64,000 nucleotides of DNA from Azolla caroliniana. Lineage: Eukaryota; Plantae; Polypodiophyta. The position numbers and the translations under genes were made by a program. How positions within the stretch are numbered: the stretch's first letter is position 1; the number at the start of each line of letters is the position of its first letter. Positions 40,001-53,631 of this stretch are shown here, piece by piece. The DNA lies in contig JBHGNT010000015.1 of NCBI GenBank assembly GCA_043228905.1, forward strand, positions 3,410,001 through 3,474,000, given 5' to 3'. The notes below the pieces were generated by a model that was given only the letters and a program-made list of their open reading frames with translations, did not search any database and had not been told where the DNA came from.

Positions 40001-42386
40001 CCGAAGACGGTGAAGAAACAGAACCGGCCGAAGAAGATGAAAATGATACCGGAACCGGCCCCGATCCCGAAATGGATTCGGATGAAGAAGAATCGGAAGA
40101 ACCGGTTACCGAAGCTCCGGAACGGAGATATCCTCTAAGAGAGAGAAGGGCCCCCCGGAGATTTCCGGAACCAGAGCACGTGCTGCTAACTAACGAAGGG
40201 GAGCCGGAGAGCTTTGAAGAAGCAAAGCATGACACCCAGAGCCGCAGGTGGTTGAGTGCCATGCAGGACGAGATGGATTCCCTGCATGAGAACCACACAT
40301 ATGAACTTGTGGAGTTGCCAAAAGGAAAGCGGGCACTTCGAAACAAGTGGGTGTTCAAGCTGAAACCGGGAGATGCCGGAAACCCCCCGAGATACAAAGC
40401 CAGGATCGTGGTGAAGGGGTTTTAGCAGAAGAAGGGCGTCGACTTCGACGAGATATTTGCCCCGGTAGTGAAGATGACCTCCATCCGGACGGTGCTGAGC
40501 ATAGCGGCAAGCATGGACCTCGAGGTAGAACAGATGGACGTGAAGACGGCATTCCTTCACGGTGACCTCGAAGAAGAGATCTACATGCAGCAACCGGAAG
40601 GATTCGAGAAGAAAGGGAAGGAGCACCTGGTATGCCGGTTGAAGAAGAGCCTTTACGGACTGAAGCAGGCTCCCCGGCAATGGTACCGGAAGTTCGACTC
40701 TTTCATGACCGACGAAGGGTACCTCAAAACGCAGTCCGACCACTGCGTGTTTGTAAAGAAGTTCGAAGGAGGAGACTTTCTAATACTCCTCCTGTACGTG
40801 GACGACATGTTGATCGTCGGACGAGACCAGGTCAAGATACGGATGCTGAAGAAGGCTCTTCACCGAACCTTCTCAATGAAGGACCTGGGTCCAGCGAGGC
40901 AAATACTAGGGATGCACATCATCCGGGACCGGAAGAAGAAGCAGTTGTGGCTGTTACAGGAGAAGTACGTGACAAAGGTGCTTCACCGGTTCAACATGTC
41001 GGAAGCAAGACCGGTCGGGTCAACACTCCCGGCAAACTGCAAGCTGCCCAGCAAGCAGAGCCCCAAGACAAAGGCTGAGAAGGAGGACATGATGAAAGTA
41101 CCATATGCCTCTGCCGTCGGGAGCTTGATGTACGCAATGGTGTGTACCCGACCGGACATCGGATATGCAGTCGGAGTGGTGAGCCGGTACATGAGCAATC
41201 CCGGCAAAGAGCATTGGAACGCGGCCAAGTGGATACTCCGATACCTGAAGGGCACGGCAAACGTGTGCCTCCGATTCGGCTCCGGTAAGCCCGAACTCGA
41301 CGGCTTCACCGATTCGGATATGTCGGCTGATGCAGATACCAGTCGGTCCACATCCGGGTATGTGATGACCTATGCAGGGGGAGCCGTTTCGTGGCAGTCG
41401 AGGCTGCAGAAGACGGTTGCGTTGTCAACCACGGAGGCGGAGTACATGGCGGCTGTTGAAGCCAGCAAGGAAATAATATGGATGAAGGACTTCATTAGAG
41501 AGCTCGGGATCCGGCAGGAGGAGTACCGACTCTACTGCGATAGTCAGAGTGCCATCCACCTTGCAAAGAACGCGGCCTACCATTCCCGGACGAAACACAT
41601 TCAGCGTAGATACCACTGGATCCGGGAAAGGATAGATGACAAGGAGTTCGTGCTGACGAAGGTCCACACGGACGAGAACGGGTCAGATATGCTGACCAAG
41701 GTGCTCACACCCGACAAGCTGGAAGCATGCCGGAAGAGGATCGGATTGGAAAGACATCCCATGCCGAAGTGAAGGGGGAGTTTGTTGGGATTACGGTCCC
41801 TTCGGATGGGATGGTCGGATGTCGGAGATGAATGCCGCCGAGCCCGGTTTCGGTTTCGGAACCGGATGATGAAGACCCCGGCTTCGGAGCCGGATGACGA
41901 ATGTACCCGGAGAGAGATCCGGATGCGAGGACATATCCGTGAATATGTTTGCTAAGGGCCCTTGAGGCTATAGTTGTAAATAGCCCCAAAGTCATATGTG
42001 TATAAATATGACTTAGGGCAAACAGTTTTAATGTTGCTACTCATTTTTTCTGTTTTTCCACTCAAGAGGAGTGAAGAGAGAGCAGCCGTGAGAGAGATAG
42101 AGCGTGAGAGAGGAAGAGGTCGACGCCTCTGTGTATTTCCGCCGCCTGTGGCGAGGACAGCGAGCTCAAGGTCGTCGCCTTGCAGCTCGCCATTGTACAC
42201 TTCTCTGTGCATAGTTTTGGTTCGAAGTCTTGTACTCCCGTGGTTTTTCCCGTATAGGGTTTTCCACGTTAATCGCTGTGTATTTGTGTTCTTTCTCTGT
42301 GGTTCCTATTTTCTGCTGCATTGATTCGTGCTTACTCGGTTGTGGCCGAGTGGTGAAGGGCAATCGGAGCGTCGATTGTCCCTACA
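37065..42386 (+). mobile_element. Young, near-intact Ty1/Copia (Tnt1/Tork-like)
   Basis: Two 604-bp LTRs (37065-37668 and 41783-42386) with ~4 differences by eye. TSD GAATG (37060-37064 / 42387-42391), tRNA-iMet PBS at 37672-37683, PPT GAAGGGGGAG at 41771-41780. Confidence 0.97.
37699..41772 (+). CDS. pol: Copia gag-pol polyprotein with one in-frame TAG at 40423-40425
   Basis: CFHCGKPGHFRKNC, WVVDSGAS, WHKRLCH, VHTDV..RADNGGEY, SLYGLKQAPR, YVDD and TKHIQRRYH. ORFs 37687-40425 and 40468-41772 are in the same frame. Confidence 0.93.
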
Positions 42387-44216
42387 GAATGTTATCATGA
42401 TGTTGTTGTGTATGTGTAGGGGGCATAAATGTAATTGTGAGTCTATACGTATGTGAACACATGCACACGTGTGTGCATGTGGATGAATACGAGGTGTGAG
42501 TGAGTGTCCAGTATGAATGCTCGAGGGGGCTTACACCCCTATGTATCTACCCCCTCTTGTACTATTTAACCCCTTATGGGGAATGAATGAAAAAACAATA
42601 ACCATTTCTCTCTCAATCTCTCTCTTGTCATCTCTCTCTCCCTCTCTCTCTTCCCTCCCCTTAACGTTGAACCCCCTTGGGAGGGGGGTGGAGCCATTCT
42701 AGGCACCACCCCCCCACCCCGCAATGCTTCTCAATGCTTGTCAACATCGTCACAATTTCTCTCACCATCATACCATTCATCATCTTCACTATTACACAAT
42801 GTCTATCTTTGTCATCGATAATCATCATTACCTTTAACCCTAACCCCAAAAACCTACAACACCTTATGGCGACCACTAAGGCGATCCCCCTTTGGAGATG
42901 GAGTCGACGAATGATCCACGACAGTATGATGTGCGAGAGGAACTCATGGAATGATATGCGGTAGAAGTATGTGAGAGAGAGCAGGAAATCAAACCGATAA
43001 TGTACAAGAAATGTGCGATAATGGTGACAATGATGTGCGAGAAATCGAATTTATGATGTGTAGCAAATCAAATCAGTTATGTGCAAGAAATGGCGACCAC
43101 AATGTGTTGGAAATGGCCATGATAACGAAAAAAAAGAAACAATCATAACGACAACTGGAATGACAGAGAGATCAACAACGACAACGATGACGATGGCCAG
43201 ACCGAAGACGATCGGGACAAGAACCGGACAGCCAGAAAGACATGCCCATTCGTGTCGAACAACAACGGAGATAACCGAGGACTATGGCCGCAATGAACGA
43301 AGACAGTCAGACAGCGACAAATATGCGAAGAGACAAAGACTGTTGGAGAAGGACTTGACGATCGGAAAGAAAGAACAAACGGCTGAACGGATGGACGGAA
43401 GCATGGTTGTTAGGTACGGTACTGATACCATACGTATTTAACGTATTAATACGGGTATAGTACCTCCCAATTTTAAAATACGTTAAATACGTTTTTTAGT
43501 ATGTTAAATACCTATAAAATACATAAAATACGTATAGTACGTTAAATACGTTAAATACTTCTAGAATTTGAAATTTATTTACTTTCTTAAAAAATATTTG
43601 TAATATTGTAATATTGTAACCGTGTATATGCAATGTAACGAAGCATTCCATGGCTGTAGTTGCATCTTAAAAGTACTAAAGGGCAAATCAAGCAAATATG
43701 AGAATCAAAAGGATACAAATCAACAAATCAAATAGATATTTGTTAGGTAAAAAAAAACCCAAACTTTTTGGGCATTTACAACAACAGCCAAGGCCACGAA
43801 GCAAAAATTGTATATCCCTCACATGATTGAGGGAATTCACATGATGAGTCATGACAAGCTAAAATTCTACAAAAAAAATCGTACTTTTGACAAAAACAAC
43901 ACTTTGACAAGAAGTGCAACATACCTATTGAAGAAAAGACCACATCTTTTGATTTGGAAAAAACCTTCAGAACACATAACATCAAATATTTGAGATACAC
44001 TTACATTGCATTTTGTCAAAGAAATAGAATGCATTGTAGGAACAAAATTTAGAAAAAAACCTTAACAACACATAACATCTGATATTTGACTTCTAAGAAC
44101 ACATAACTTGAACTATGTCCAAGACTCCAATGTATCAAAATGGGCTTAGATCAAAGAAAAGTAACATATGGCTATTGAGCTTAGTAATAATGTATAGAAA
44201 TTAGAAATATTAGTCA

Positions 44217-46740
44217 TTAGATCTCGTCCTCATCACAATCACCATCTTCATCATCAGATTCAGTGTTAGTTGATGACATCAACATAGGTTCTTCGTCAAT
44301 AAGATCATCATAATTTGTAAGAATTGCTTCTTCTATTCCATTGACATTATCTTGATCATTTGGTGGTAAAGAAGCAAATGTACTTGATCTTGTTATTCTC
44401 CTATTACAAGAAGACCGCTCATCATCTCTTCTTGGCCTCTGCCTCCGTATTCGATCAATAGGGACTCCATCGCTTGATGTTGTTGTATGTGATCTTGTCA
44501 TGCTCCTTGTCCTTCTTCTCATGCTCATTGTTTCTTGAAAATAAGTTTCATAGAATTCTCTATCCATATGATTCTCGTGGCTAATAGATGGAATATCAGG
44601 AGTCTTAGAGACATCTATCTCATTTGGATTCACCTGCAAACAAGTTTATAAAAGCTTAACGAAATTTGAGGAATGTAAATTATAAGAAGTGAATAAAACA
44701 ATACCTGCATTGGAGATGCATTCACAGTCTCAAACTTGCAAATTAGCCTTAAGTTCTCTCGCACATATACCAATCGTTCAAGTTGTGCTACCTTTAGTCT
44801 GTTTCTATTTTTTGTATGTGCGAGAGCATGTGCATTCCAATTCCTTTCTGCTGCCCCAGAAGAGCAATCCTAATAGAAAACAAAATATGAAATAAAAGGT
44901 AGTACACAAAAGTGCAGTATTTTAGAACTTAACTATAAAATTGATCATTTTTTCAAAACTTGACACTTACTTGGGATAATATGCGGACAGCTAATGCTTG
45001 GAGCTTTGGAGTTCTTCCACCAAAATTTTCCCACCATGTGACTGGCGTCATCATAGATATCTATTCACGTGCTAATGCATAGCTAAATGTCCCTGTACCA
45101 TTTCGATATTCATGCAATTCACGAAATAAGATATCACATTCAAGTGTCGAGTACAATTTTTCTGTATAGCTCATCCATGCATCCATTAACCCAGGGTTAA
45201 TAAATGTAGCCTCCTCTCTCCACATCGGATGCAGCAAATGAGCTACAAGGTGGATCGGCCTCTTGAACCATTTCCATCGTATGTCAAATAACTTCAAAAC
45301 ATCTTCGTACCTAAAAGGGTATTAGTAATTACAAAATGATCTGATCTTAAAACATGAGAAAACATTTGGAGGTTTAATGCTAGGAAACCATAAAAAATTA
45401 AAATAAATATGAAATTTACTTGGATTTGTGGGGGATGTTTTCTTCCACTCCTTTTGCTAAAACATCTTTGCTTCTTCGCATAAACTCATATAACAAACCA
45501 ATAGTGCCATTAGGGTCAAAACAACTTGAAATGAGGACTCAGTTGTAGGATCAAGGATGTAGTTCTTTACATTCATGGCATCTGGCTTATTGCAATCTGA
45601 CCAAGACCTCCACATGTCACTCACCACTGTTTGCTCAAGAGGATACCAAACTTTGAGCAAACGTTGTATGACAAGGTACATCACACCAAACCTTGTCTTA
45701 GAAGGTCTCAAGATGGCGAGGTTACTGTGAGCAGAAAAAAAATTTCCCATGCGGACACAACTAGATGCATTGTCTGAAATGACTTGGACCACATTTTCCT
45801 TACCAACTTCTCTAATTGCCTCTGAAATTCTTTCAGCTAACCAAGAGCTATCAACTGTTGGTGTTGTATTAGCATGACTACAATCAATGGACTTGAGGAA
45901 CATTGTCCCATAACAAGATGATACGAGGACATTTACAAGTTGCCTATGAGAAACATCAACCCATCCATCTGTTAATATAAAACAACCATACTTGGGCCAT
46001 AATCCTTTTACCCTTTCTAACTTTGCTTGCAAGGATATAACCTCATTTTTCAAGCCTTTCGTCCTCATGTAATTATATGTGACTCCATTATGTTTCTCTC
46101 CAATTGTAGAGAAAGCTTCTAATATGTTTCGCCAACATGGTGTTTTTAATAGATTAAATGACAAATTTGCTTCAATGATACATCTCACCTCCATAACGTT
46201 TGCATGTTGTTTCCTTTGCATTTGTAACACATGTCCTTTACGCAACGGTTGTTGTTTCACTATAATTGCTGGTGGATATGGTTGGCGACTACCACCACCG
46301 ATACATAACATGCTTTGACTTTCATCAACAAAGGTAGACGAGCATGAGGTAGAAACACCTAAAAGAAAAAAAAAATCAAGATAAATAATTTACAATTATT
46401 TAAACATTAGTAATCAAGACACCTATTGTAGGCTTGTGTCTATACCTTGTTCAGGCATGTTGAATGAGTCGATCTCTGCTACTATATCTTCTTCTTCGCC
46501 AATTGCTTGGCTTCCACAATTACCATACAAAGTTGTAAGGTCAATCAACATTTCCTTGGGGACATTGGTACATTTCGTTACTCCATGGCTAGGTTTTCCA
46601 ATTAAATGAGCAATCATTCGTGTTGCTGACCCATGCATATGTTTGTTGCAAAATTTACAGTTCCAACTCCTATTTCCTGTTTGGCTTCTTACGACATTGA
46701 GGCAACATGTATCCCAATATTTGTTCTTAATGGGTGGCAT
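44217..46740 (-). pseudogene. hAT transposase (BED finger, DUF659-like core, dimerisation domain), multi-exon
   Basis: WNCKFC..RMIAHL..C (46423-46740), LTDGW..VVQVISDNA..TRF (45457-46311), PIHLVAHLLHP, and TPVTWWENFG..LQALAVRILSQ near 44970-45050. Confidence 0.88.
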
Positions 46741-47129
46741 TTTCCTTCTTTATTTTCTACAAATCAATAAAATTGAGATATTGAAAATGGAAAATAATGC
46801 ACAAAAAGAGGAGCAAGATTATATGAATGCATTAAAGCAAATCGAAGAACTGAAAACTTTGAATAGATCAACCTTCAAGGAGGATGAGGATTATAATACT
46901 TTAAATAAGCAACTACAGGATACTCAAGAGTATCTTTTATTCATAGAAAGCAAATACAAGAAAATGTTACAATTAAGGACATGTATAAAAACAGAAAATT
47001 CAACTCTTTTGGAAGCTAAAAAGGAAGCTAAAAAGGAAGCAAAAATTACCATAACTTAACTAAAGAGCCTTAATGCTTAACGTAATAACGACATGCATAA
47101 AAGAAAAAAATTCAACAAGTTTGGAAGCC

Positions 47130-47560
47130 AAAAGGGAAGTAGAATTTGGTCAAGAAATCCATCTTGAAGATGTACAGAAAGGGTTCGATGAAGATCTATT
47201 TATTCATAGTGCTTTGCTAGATATGTATGTCAAATGTGGATCTATAGTGGAAGTGCAAAATGTTTTCAACCGAATGTCCAACCGAGATGTGGTATTATGG
47301 ACAACATTGATTGCATGATATGTTGAGCATGGACCCGTTGAGGATGCACTGAAAAGCTTTGAAAAGATACAAGATGAGGGGATACTTATTACTACCAAAC
47401 ACTTTCACCTTTTCTTGTGTCTTAAAGGAATGCTCTCATTGGAGGGTTTGTTGAGTATAGAACTACTGAGAAAGCATTAGATTCTTTCGATAAAATGCAA
47501 GTTGATGGAATCTTTCCGGATGCATATACATTGCCCATGTCCTAAAAGTGTGCGGTTTAT
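47130..47560 (+). pseudogene. Captured PLS-class PPR gene fragment
   Basis: GQEIH..VQKGFDEDLFIHSALLDMYVKCGSIVEVQNVFNRMSNRDVVLWTTLIA*YVEHG..EDALKSFEKIQDEG, plus a further decayed repeat. Confidence 0.85.
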
Positions 47561-48259
47561 TAGGGCCTACAGATAAAGGAAAATCCATGTATATGGAGGC
47601 TGTATTGAAAGGGTTCTAGCAAGTGCACATTTATTCATACCCATCACATTCAAAAGCAGACAACCAAAACCATGATATTCCAAAAAATGAGTAGTTGTTA
47701 ACAAAAATAAATATGCATTGCAAATGATAAAAAATGGGACATCATTAAAAAAGGACCAAGCACTTTTCCCATGACACGAAATTGAGATCTTCAATGTTTC
47801 TGGAAACCAATGTCATTTATAGTAACATGGAAAGTAAATTAGAATGATCAATTTCTGAAATGAATTCAAATGGGATACAACCACTAAAATCAATAAGCAA
47901 AGGATTAGCTAATGCTACAAATTGTGAAAGATTTTGAACACATTGTCTACATGTATACATACATGTTTGAGTTTCAACACATGGTTCCTATAATATTTGA
48001 TCTCAACACTTGCAAAGAGGAGAGTTTTATTGCATGACGTCAATTACAATTGTCTACCAATTTGTTACTTGTATAGATGCATTATTGTGGAATAGATAGA
48101 TTGCTGGACACAAGCATACGTAAACTAGATCAACTAAAAATTAAATCTCCCTTGTCATTTGGTATTATCATACAACTTGACATTGGAATACAACAAAATG
48201 GGAGGTATACTTAATCATAAAAAATAAAAGAAAGAAACATATTCACTAACCTGATTTTA

Positions 48260-48472
48260 TTTTCTTCTTCTTGTTCTTGTTCTTGTTGTTCTTCTTCTTG
48301 TTGTTCTTCTTGTTCTTCTTGTTGTTGTTGTTCTTCTTCTTGTGCTTCTTCTTCTTCTTCTTCTTCTTCTTCTTCTAGTGCTTCTTCTTCTTCTTCTGCT
48401 TCTTCTTCTTCTTCTAGTGCTTCTTCTTCTGCTGCTTTTTCTGTTTCTTCTTCTTCTTCTTCTTCTTCTTCT
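48260..48472 (+). repeat. (CTT/GTT)n trinucleotide microsatellite
   Basis: A ~210-bp imperfect TTC/TTG run. Confidence 0.95.
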
Positions 48473-50886
48473 AAGTCTATGCTGTCCGTCTTTCTTCCTT
48501 CCTTCTATTTTACTAAAGTTGTTCTTTTCTTTTGCTTTCTTTAGGGTTTTACTCACATTTTCTATAAATACGTACTATACGTATTTTTTTAAAGGTACGT
48601 TAAATACCGTATTAGACGAATGTATATGACATTTGAATGAACAACTTTGACGTATGGTACGTACTATACAAATAAGAAGGTATTATACGTATTGATACGT
48701 TAAATACGCGTACGTAAACAACGCTGGACGGAAGAATGAATGAAGGACTGGAAAGATAGGGTCAGAGACGGATGGCAACCGAAGACGGCCGAGACAAGGG
48801 TCGGATGAAGCAGTATCGGCGGCCAAACAAACGATGGCGGCCGGAACGATGACAGAGTCAGCGTACAACCGGCCAGAGACACGCTGGACAAAGACGGCCG
48901 AGTAGACGACCAAAACAACGACATTGATGCTGAAAAGTGACGGACCTCGGCCAAAACAGACGGCCGAATAGAGCCGACAAGGTCGGTGACAGAGACATCT
49001 GGAGATGGACCGGACAGACATGGCCAGACGGGCTAGACAGTGGAAAGAGCGGCCAGAAGGTTCGAAAACCAGTCGAAATAGCCGGACAGTGGTTGGAGCA
49101 GCCGGAGCGGCCGGACAAGGACGGCTTCAGTGGTCGGAGATGGCCACGGCAGGAGATGGAGATGGACGAGTGGCCAAAGAGTGGCCGAAGCGGCCGTAAT
49201 AGCCGAACAGTGGCCAGAGTGGCCAAACGGGCTGGACAGACGACCAACCACGACAACCAAAACAAAGACAATGTAGAGAAGAAAGAGGCAGACATGCAGA
49301 AAATAAGAAGAAGAGAGAAGAGAAATACAAGGAAGAAGAAGAACAGAGAAGGAAGAAAAAGAAGATGTCATGGAAGAAGAGAAAGGCATGAACAGACAGA
49401 CACGAAGTGGAAGAAATAGAGATGAGATAGAAGAAAAAAGAGAGAGGAGGAAAAGAAAGACAGGAAGAGGAGAAGAAGCAACGGTTAACACCAAGAAGGA
49501 GGAAGAAGATGCAGACAACACGCAGGAGAAAACGTAAGAAGACAAACACTAAAAAAAAATGAGAGGGAAAAAGAGAAGAGAGGGGCATGCGAATAAATTT
49601 TAAAATGTTGAGGGTAGCCGCCTAAAATTTCCGAAACCTGGGGGTACTAAATGAAATTTTCAAAACTCGAGGGTATATAATAAAAATTTTAAAAATCAAA
49701 GGGCACTTACGAAAATTTGAAAACTCATCAACCTAAAAGAAATGGACGTGATCAACACAACTCACAAAATCAACAAAAGGAACACACATACATACAACGT
49801 TTTTTTTTACGACCCAAATGATGTTACCGAAGTTCGTGAACCAACAGAACGGGAATGTTCGTGTCGATGAAGATTCGTTAACCGACGTAGATGTTCGAGT
49901 CAAGCGCTCCGATCGAGGGAGTCGATCGTTGATGTTACCAAAGTTCGTAAGTCGACAAAACGAGAATGTTCGTGTCGCAGAAGAGTCGCGGACTAAGGAG
50001 ATGTTCGAGTCAAGCGCTCCGATCGAGGGAGTCGATCGTTGAGAGGACCGATGGAAATTCCGATCAAAGAAAAATTATGATCAAGGCATGTGGAATCGAC
50101 GTGCAAGGCACTCTCCCACGGGCGTGCCATATTGTGTACTGTATGAGACGTACATGTGATGGATAAGTGTGATAAGTGAGGGTGAAAGATGTAATGTGTT
50201 GATATGTATGTGTAATCTTATACGATTATGAGTGTGAATGTAAGTGTGAGTGTGGTGGATACAAAGAGGTGTGAGTGAGTGACTAGGTGTGAATGCCCAA
50301 GGGGCTTACACCCTTGTGGATCTACCCCTTTGTACCTATTTAACCCCTTATGGGGAATGAATGAATAAATGAATAACCATTTCTCTCTCTCTCTCTCTCT
50401 CTTTGACATATTTCTCTCTCTCTCTCTCTCCCCTTACGTTGAACCCCCTTGGGAGGGGGGTGGAGCCATTCTAGGCACCACCCCCCACCCCTCAATGTTT
50501 GTGTTGTTCTTCATGATCTCTCACCATCATCATCACACATACATTATCAATCTACCACGATTGTTAACCCTATTCCTATCTTTATCATTATCATCATTAA
50601 CCCTAACCCTAAACCAGACATCAACCAACAACGTCGGAAAGATACGGACGGATGCACTAGACAAAGGCGACCAAAAAGACACAAGACACAGTAGGATGGG
50701 CAAATGGGCCGAACAGGCGACCACACAGATGGACGGACCGGACACGAGACCAGAAGACAGCAGGGCCGACAAGGGCGGCGACAGAGATGGAGTGGCAGGA
50801 GGAACTGAAATGGTCGGAGTGGCCAAACAACCAGTGGCTGAGTAGGGAGACAGAGACGGTAATGGCGCCGGAGACAGAGAGAGAGA

Positions 50887-53631
50887 TGACAAGAGAGAGA
50901 TTGAGAGAGAAATGGTTATTCATGTTTCATTCATTCCCCATAAGGGGTTAAATAGTACAAGAGGGGGTAGATACATAGGGGTGTAAGCCCCCTCGAGCAT
51001 TCATACTGGACACTCACTCACACCTCGTATCCATCCACATGCACACACGCGTGCATGTGTTCACATACGTATAGACTCACAATTACATTTATTCCCCCTA
51101 CACATACACAACAACATCATGATAACATTCGACCCTCACTCATCACACTTGACTCTCCGTACATCTCGTATGGGGTAACACAATATGGCACGCCCGTGGG
51201 AGAGTGCCTTGCACGTCGATCCCACATGCCTTGATGATGATATTTCTTCGACCAAAACTTCCATCGGTCCTTTCAACGATTTACTCCCTCGATCGGAGTG
51301 CTTGACTTGAACATCTTTGTCGGTCAGCAAATCTTTCCGCGACACGAACATTCTCGTTCTGTCGGCTTACAAACTTCATCATGGGTCGAAAATCATGTCG
51401 TGTATATGTATGTTCTTCCTTTGTTTTGAGTGTGTGTGAGTAGTCTTGGGGATTTTCAAAATTTTGGTGGTGCCCTCTTGTTTTTTAAAAATTTTGATAT
51501 GTAAGTTTTGAAATTTTCATTTAGTACCCCCAAGTTTCTGAAATTTTAGGCTGTTACCCTCAACATTTTTAAATTTCTTCGCATGCCCCTTATCATTCTC
51601 TTTTTCCCTCTTTTTTCTTTTCTTGTTTTCTTCTTTTTCTCTTGCTTCTGTCGTTTCCCTCCTTCCTCTGTTCTGTGCCTTCTCTTCTTCCATGACTTCT
51701 TCCTCTTCCTTCTCTGTTCCTTCTTTTGATTCTTTCAAGAGTTGTGTTTCGTCTTCTATTCTTCTATGTATTCTATTTCTTTGTTTGCATCTTCTATGTC
51801 GTTTCCTATCGTAGCCCTATCATAGCTTTCTCCTCCTCCTTCTCTTCTTCTTTTCATGTCTCTGTTTTGGTGTTTTGAAGAATGGGGAGGAACGACATCT
51901 CCATTGTCGTTGCCGTCTTTGTTGATGTTTCGCTTTTTGGCTCTATTCGATTGTTTGTCTAGTAGCCGTTAAGACGTTGTCTGCTATTCGGTAACTCTCA
52001 GGTCGCCAGCTCTGTCCGGCCTTTTCCGTCTATCTCGTGGCCGCTGTCCGACCACCACTCCGTTGCGGACTCCGTCAAAGTCTTTGACATCGGTTTCCGT
52101 CAGTTTGAGTCCGCTTCTGTGTCTCCAGCTCCGTTGTTGTCTCCGTCTCCATTCCGGTGCCGTTTGACCACTCTAACCGCTCTCCGACCGGCGCTCTTCC
52201 GGCCTCTCGTCAATCTTTGTCGGTGTCGCCATTCTGGCCATCGATCCGTCTTCGTCCGGCCCGTTCCGATTGTCATCCGGTCCATTCCGTCCGGTTTTCC
52301 GGCAGTCGGTTTGGCTGTTGTCCGGCTGCTCCCATCTCTAGCCATTTCGATCTTGCTTTTGTCAAGCTTTCCACTGTTCGGCCTCTGTCCGACCGACTCC
52401 ATCTTCAGCCAGTGTCTCTCCGGTCCTCTTTCGGCCTCATCATTGTTGCTGCCATCGGTTGTCGAGCCGCCGTCGTCACTACAGCCCCTAGCCGGCTGTT
52501 TGGGATGCTGTCCGACCACCTTCTTGGTTGTCGTTCCGATCACTTTACGGACACTGTCTAGCTATTCTGGCCCCGTCCAGTCGTCATTCTCTTTCTGGCC
52601 CTTCCGATGTCTGATATTGGCTATCCATCCAATGTCTCTTTTCATTTTGGACGTCTTTCGGGCTGTATCCGTCCGGTTCATTCCGTTCTTTTCCTGTTTC
52701 TTCTATCTAGACCATTCCATCGTGTTTATGTATTGTCTCCGGCCCCTATCTGCGGCTTTCTGCATCACGTTGTCTCGTCCGGCTTCTCTGTTTCTAGCTA
52801 TGTTGAGTCTGTGTCTTTGTGTCCATCTAGGTCTTCCCATCACCTCTGTCATTGTCTGTCGATCGCCCGTTTCGCACTGCCCATGGTCTTTGTGTGGCAT
52901 CTCTGTCACAGTCGTCATCCATGTCTCTGTTTTTCCAGTAGTCTTCTTCTCTTTTTGGCGCCTCCAACCGTGTCTTTCCACTGCTGATGGTTTCTCGGGT
53001 CATCGATGTGCAAGAAATGGCGACTCGCCATTTCTTGCACTTAGTCGCTATGGCTTGCACATCCGCGTATCATTCTTCGACTCCGTCTCCAAAGGGGGGT
53101 CTCCTTAGTGGTCGCCAAAAGGTGTTGTACGTTTTAGGAATAGGGTTAGTGATAATTATGATAGCATGATTAAAATGATGGGTGTGATGATGGAGATAAG
53201 CATTGTGGAATTGATGATGACAGGATTAGCATTGAGAAGCATTGTAGGGTGAGGGGTGGTGCCTAGAATGGCTCCACCCCCCTCCCAAGGGGGTTCAACG
53301 TTAAGGGGAGGGAAGAGAGAGAGGGAGAGAGAGATGACAAGAGAGAGATTGAGAGAGAAATGGTTATTCATGTTTCATTCATTCCCCATAAGGGGTTAAA
53401 TAGTACAAGAGGGGGTAGATACATAGGGGTGTAAGCCCCCTCGAGCATTCATACTGGACACTCACTCACAACTCCTCGTATCCATCCACATGCACACACG
53501 CGTGCATGTGTTCACATACGTATAGACTCACAATTACATTTATGCCCCCTACACATACACAACAACATCATGATAACATTCAACCCTCGTTCATCACACT
53601 TGACTCTCCGTACATCTCGTACGGGGTAACA
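50887..53631 (+). mobile_element. Non-coding LTR element (tRNA-Arg PBS), ~2.75 kb
   Basis: LTRs at 50887-51180 and 53335-53631 (TGACAAG...GGGGTAACA). PBS TGGCACGCCCGTGGGA at 51186-51201 (tRNA-Arg-TCT-like) and PPT at 53303-53334. No recognisable protein domains. Confidence 0.85.

Larger units (their letters stand above)
43402..48726 (-). mobile_element. hAT DNA transposon (degenerate)
   Basis: 8-bp TSD GACGGAAG (43394-43401 / 48727-48734). Imperfect TIRs CATGGTTGTTAGGTACG and CAGCGTTGTTTACGTACG, with AATACG/ACGTA subterminal motifs at both ends. Confidence 0.92.
37010..50880 (-). mobile_element. Non-coding LTR element (TRIM/LARD-like, tRNA-Arg PBS) in a tandem array, carrying nested Copia and hAT insertions
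   Basis: 3' LTR at 37010-37064 + 42392-42630, PPT 42631-42662, PBS TGGCACGCCCGTGGGA at 50114-50129. A diverged LTR at 50135-50408 is followed by a second PPT and internal segment. Confidence 0.75.

Noticed and set aside
40423-40431. Programmed stop-codon readthrough in the Copia pol
   Set aside because: The context TAG CAG AAG does not match CARYYA and lies within the RT. A C>T mutation is the simpler explanation.
48257-49588. Arg-, Leu- or Ser-rich ORFs
   Set aside because: They are translations of a microsatellite and purine-skewed non-coding sequence.
50598-50615. TAACCCTAACCCTAAACC telomere-like motif (similar motifs near 13315-13415)
   Set aside because: Only 2-3 units. Such telo-box-like motifs are common in plant sequence and this is not an interstitial telomere.
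52100-53108. 329-aa ORF inside the Arg-PBS element
   Set aside because: It has no domain motifs and a pyrimidine-skewed low-complexity composition, and no matching ORF is evident in the homologous inverted copy.
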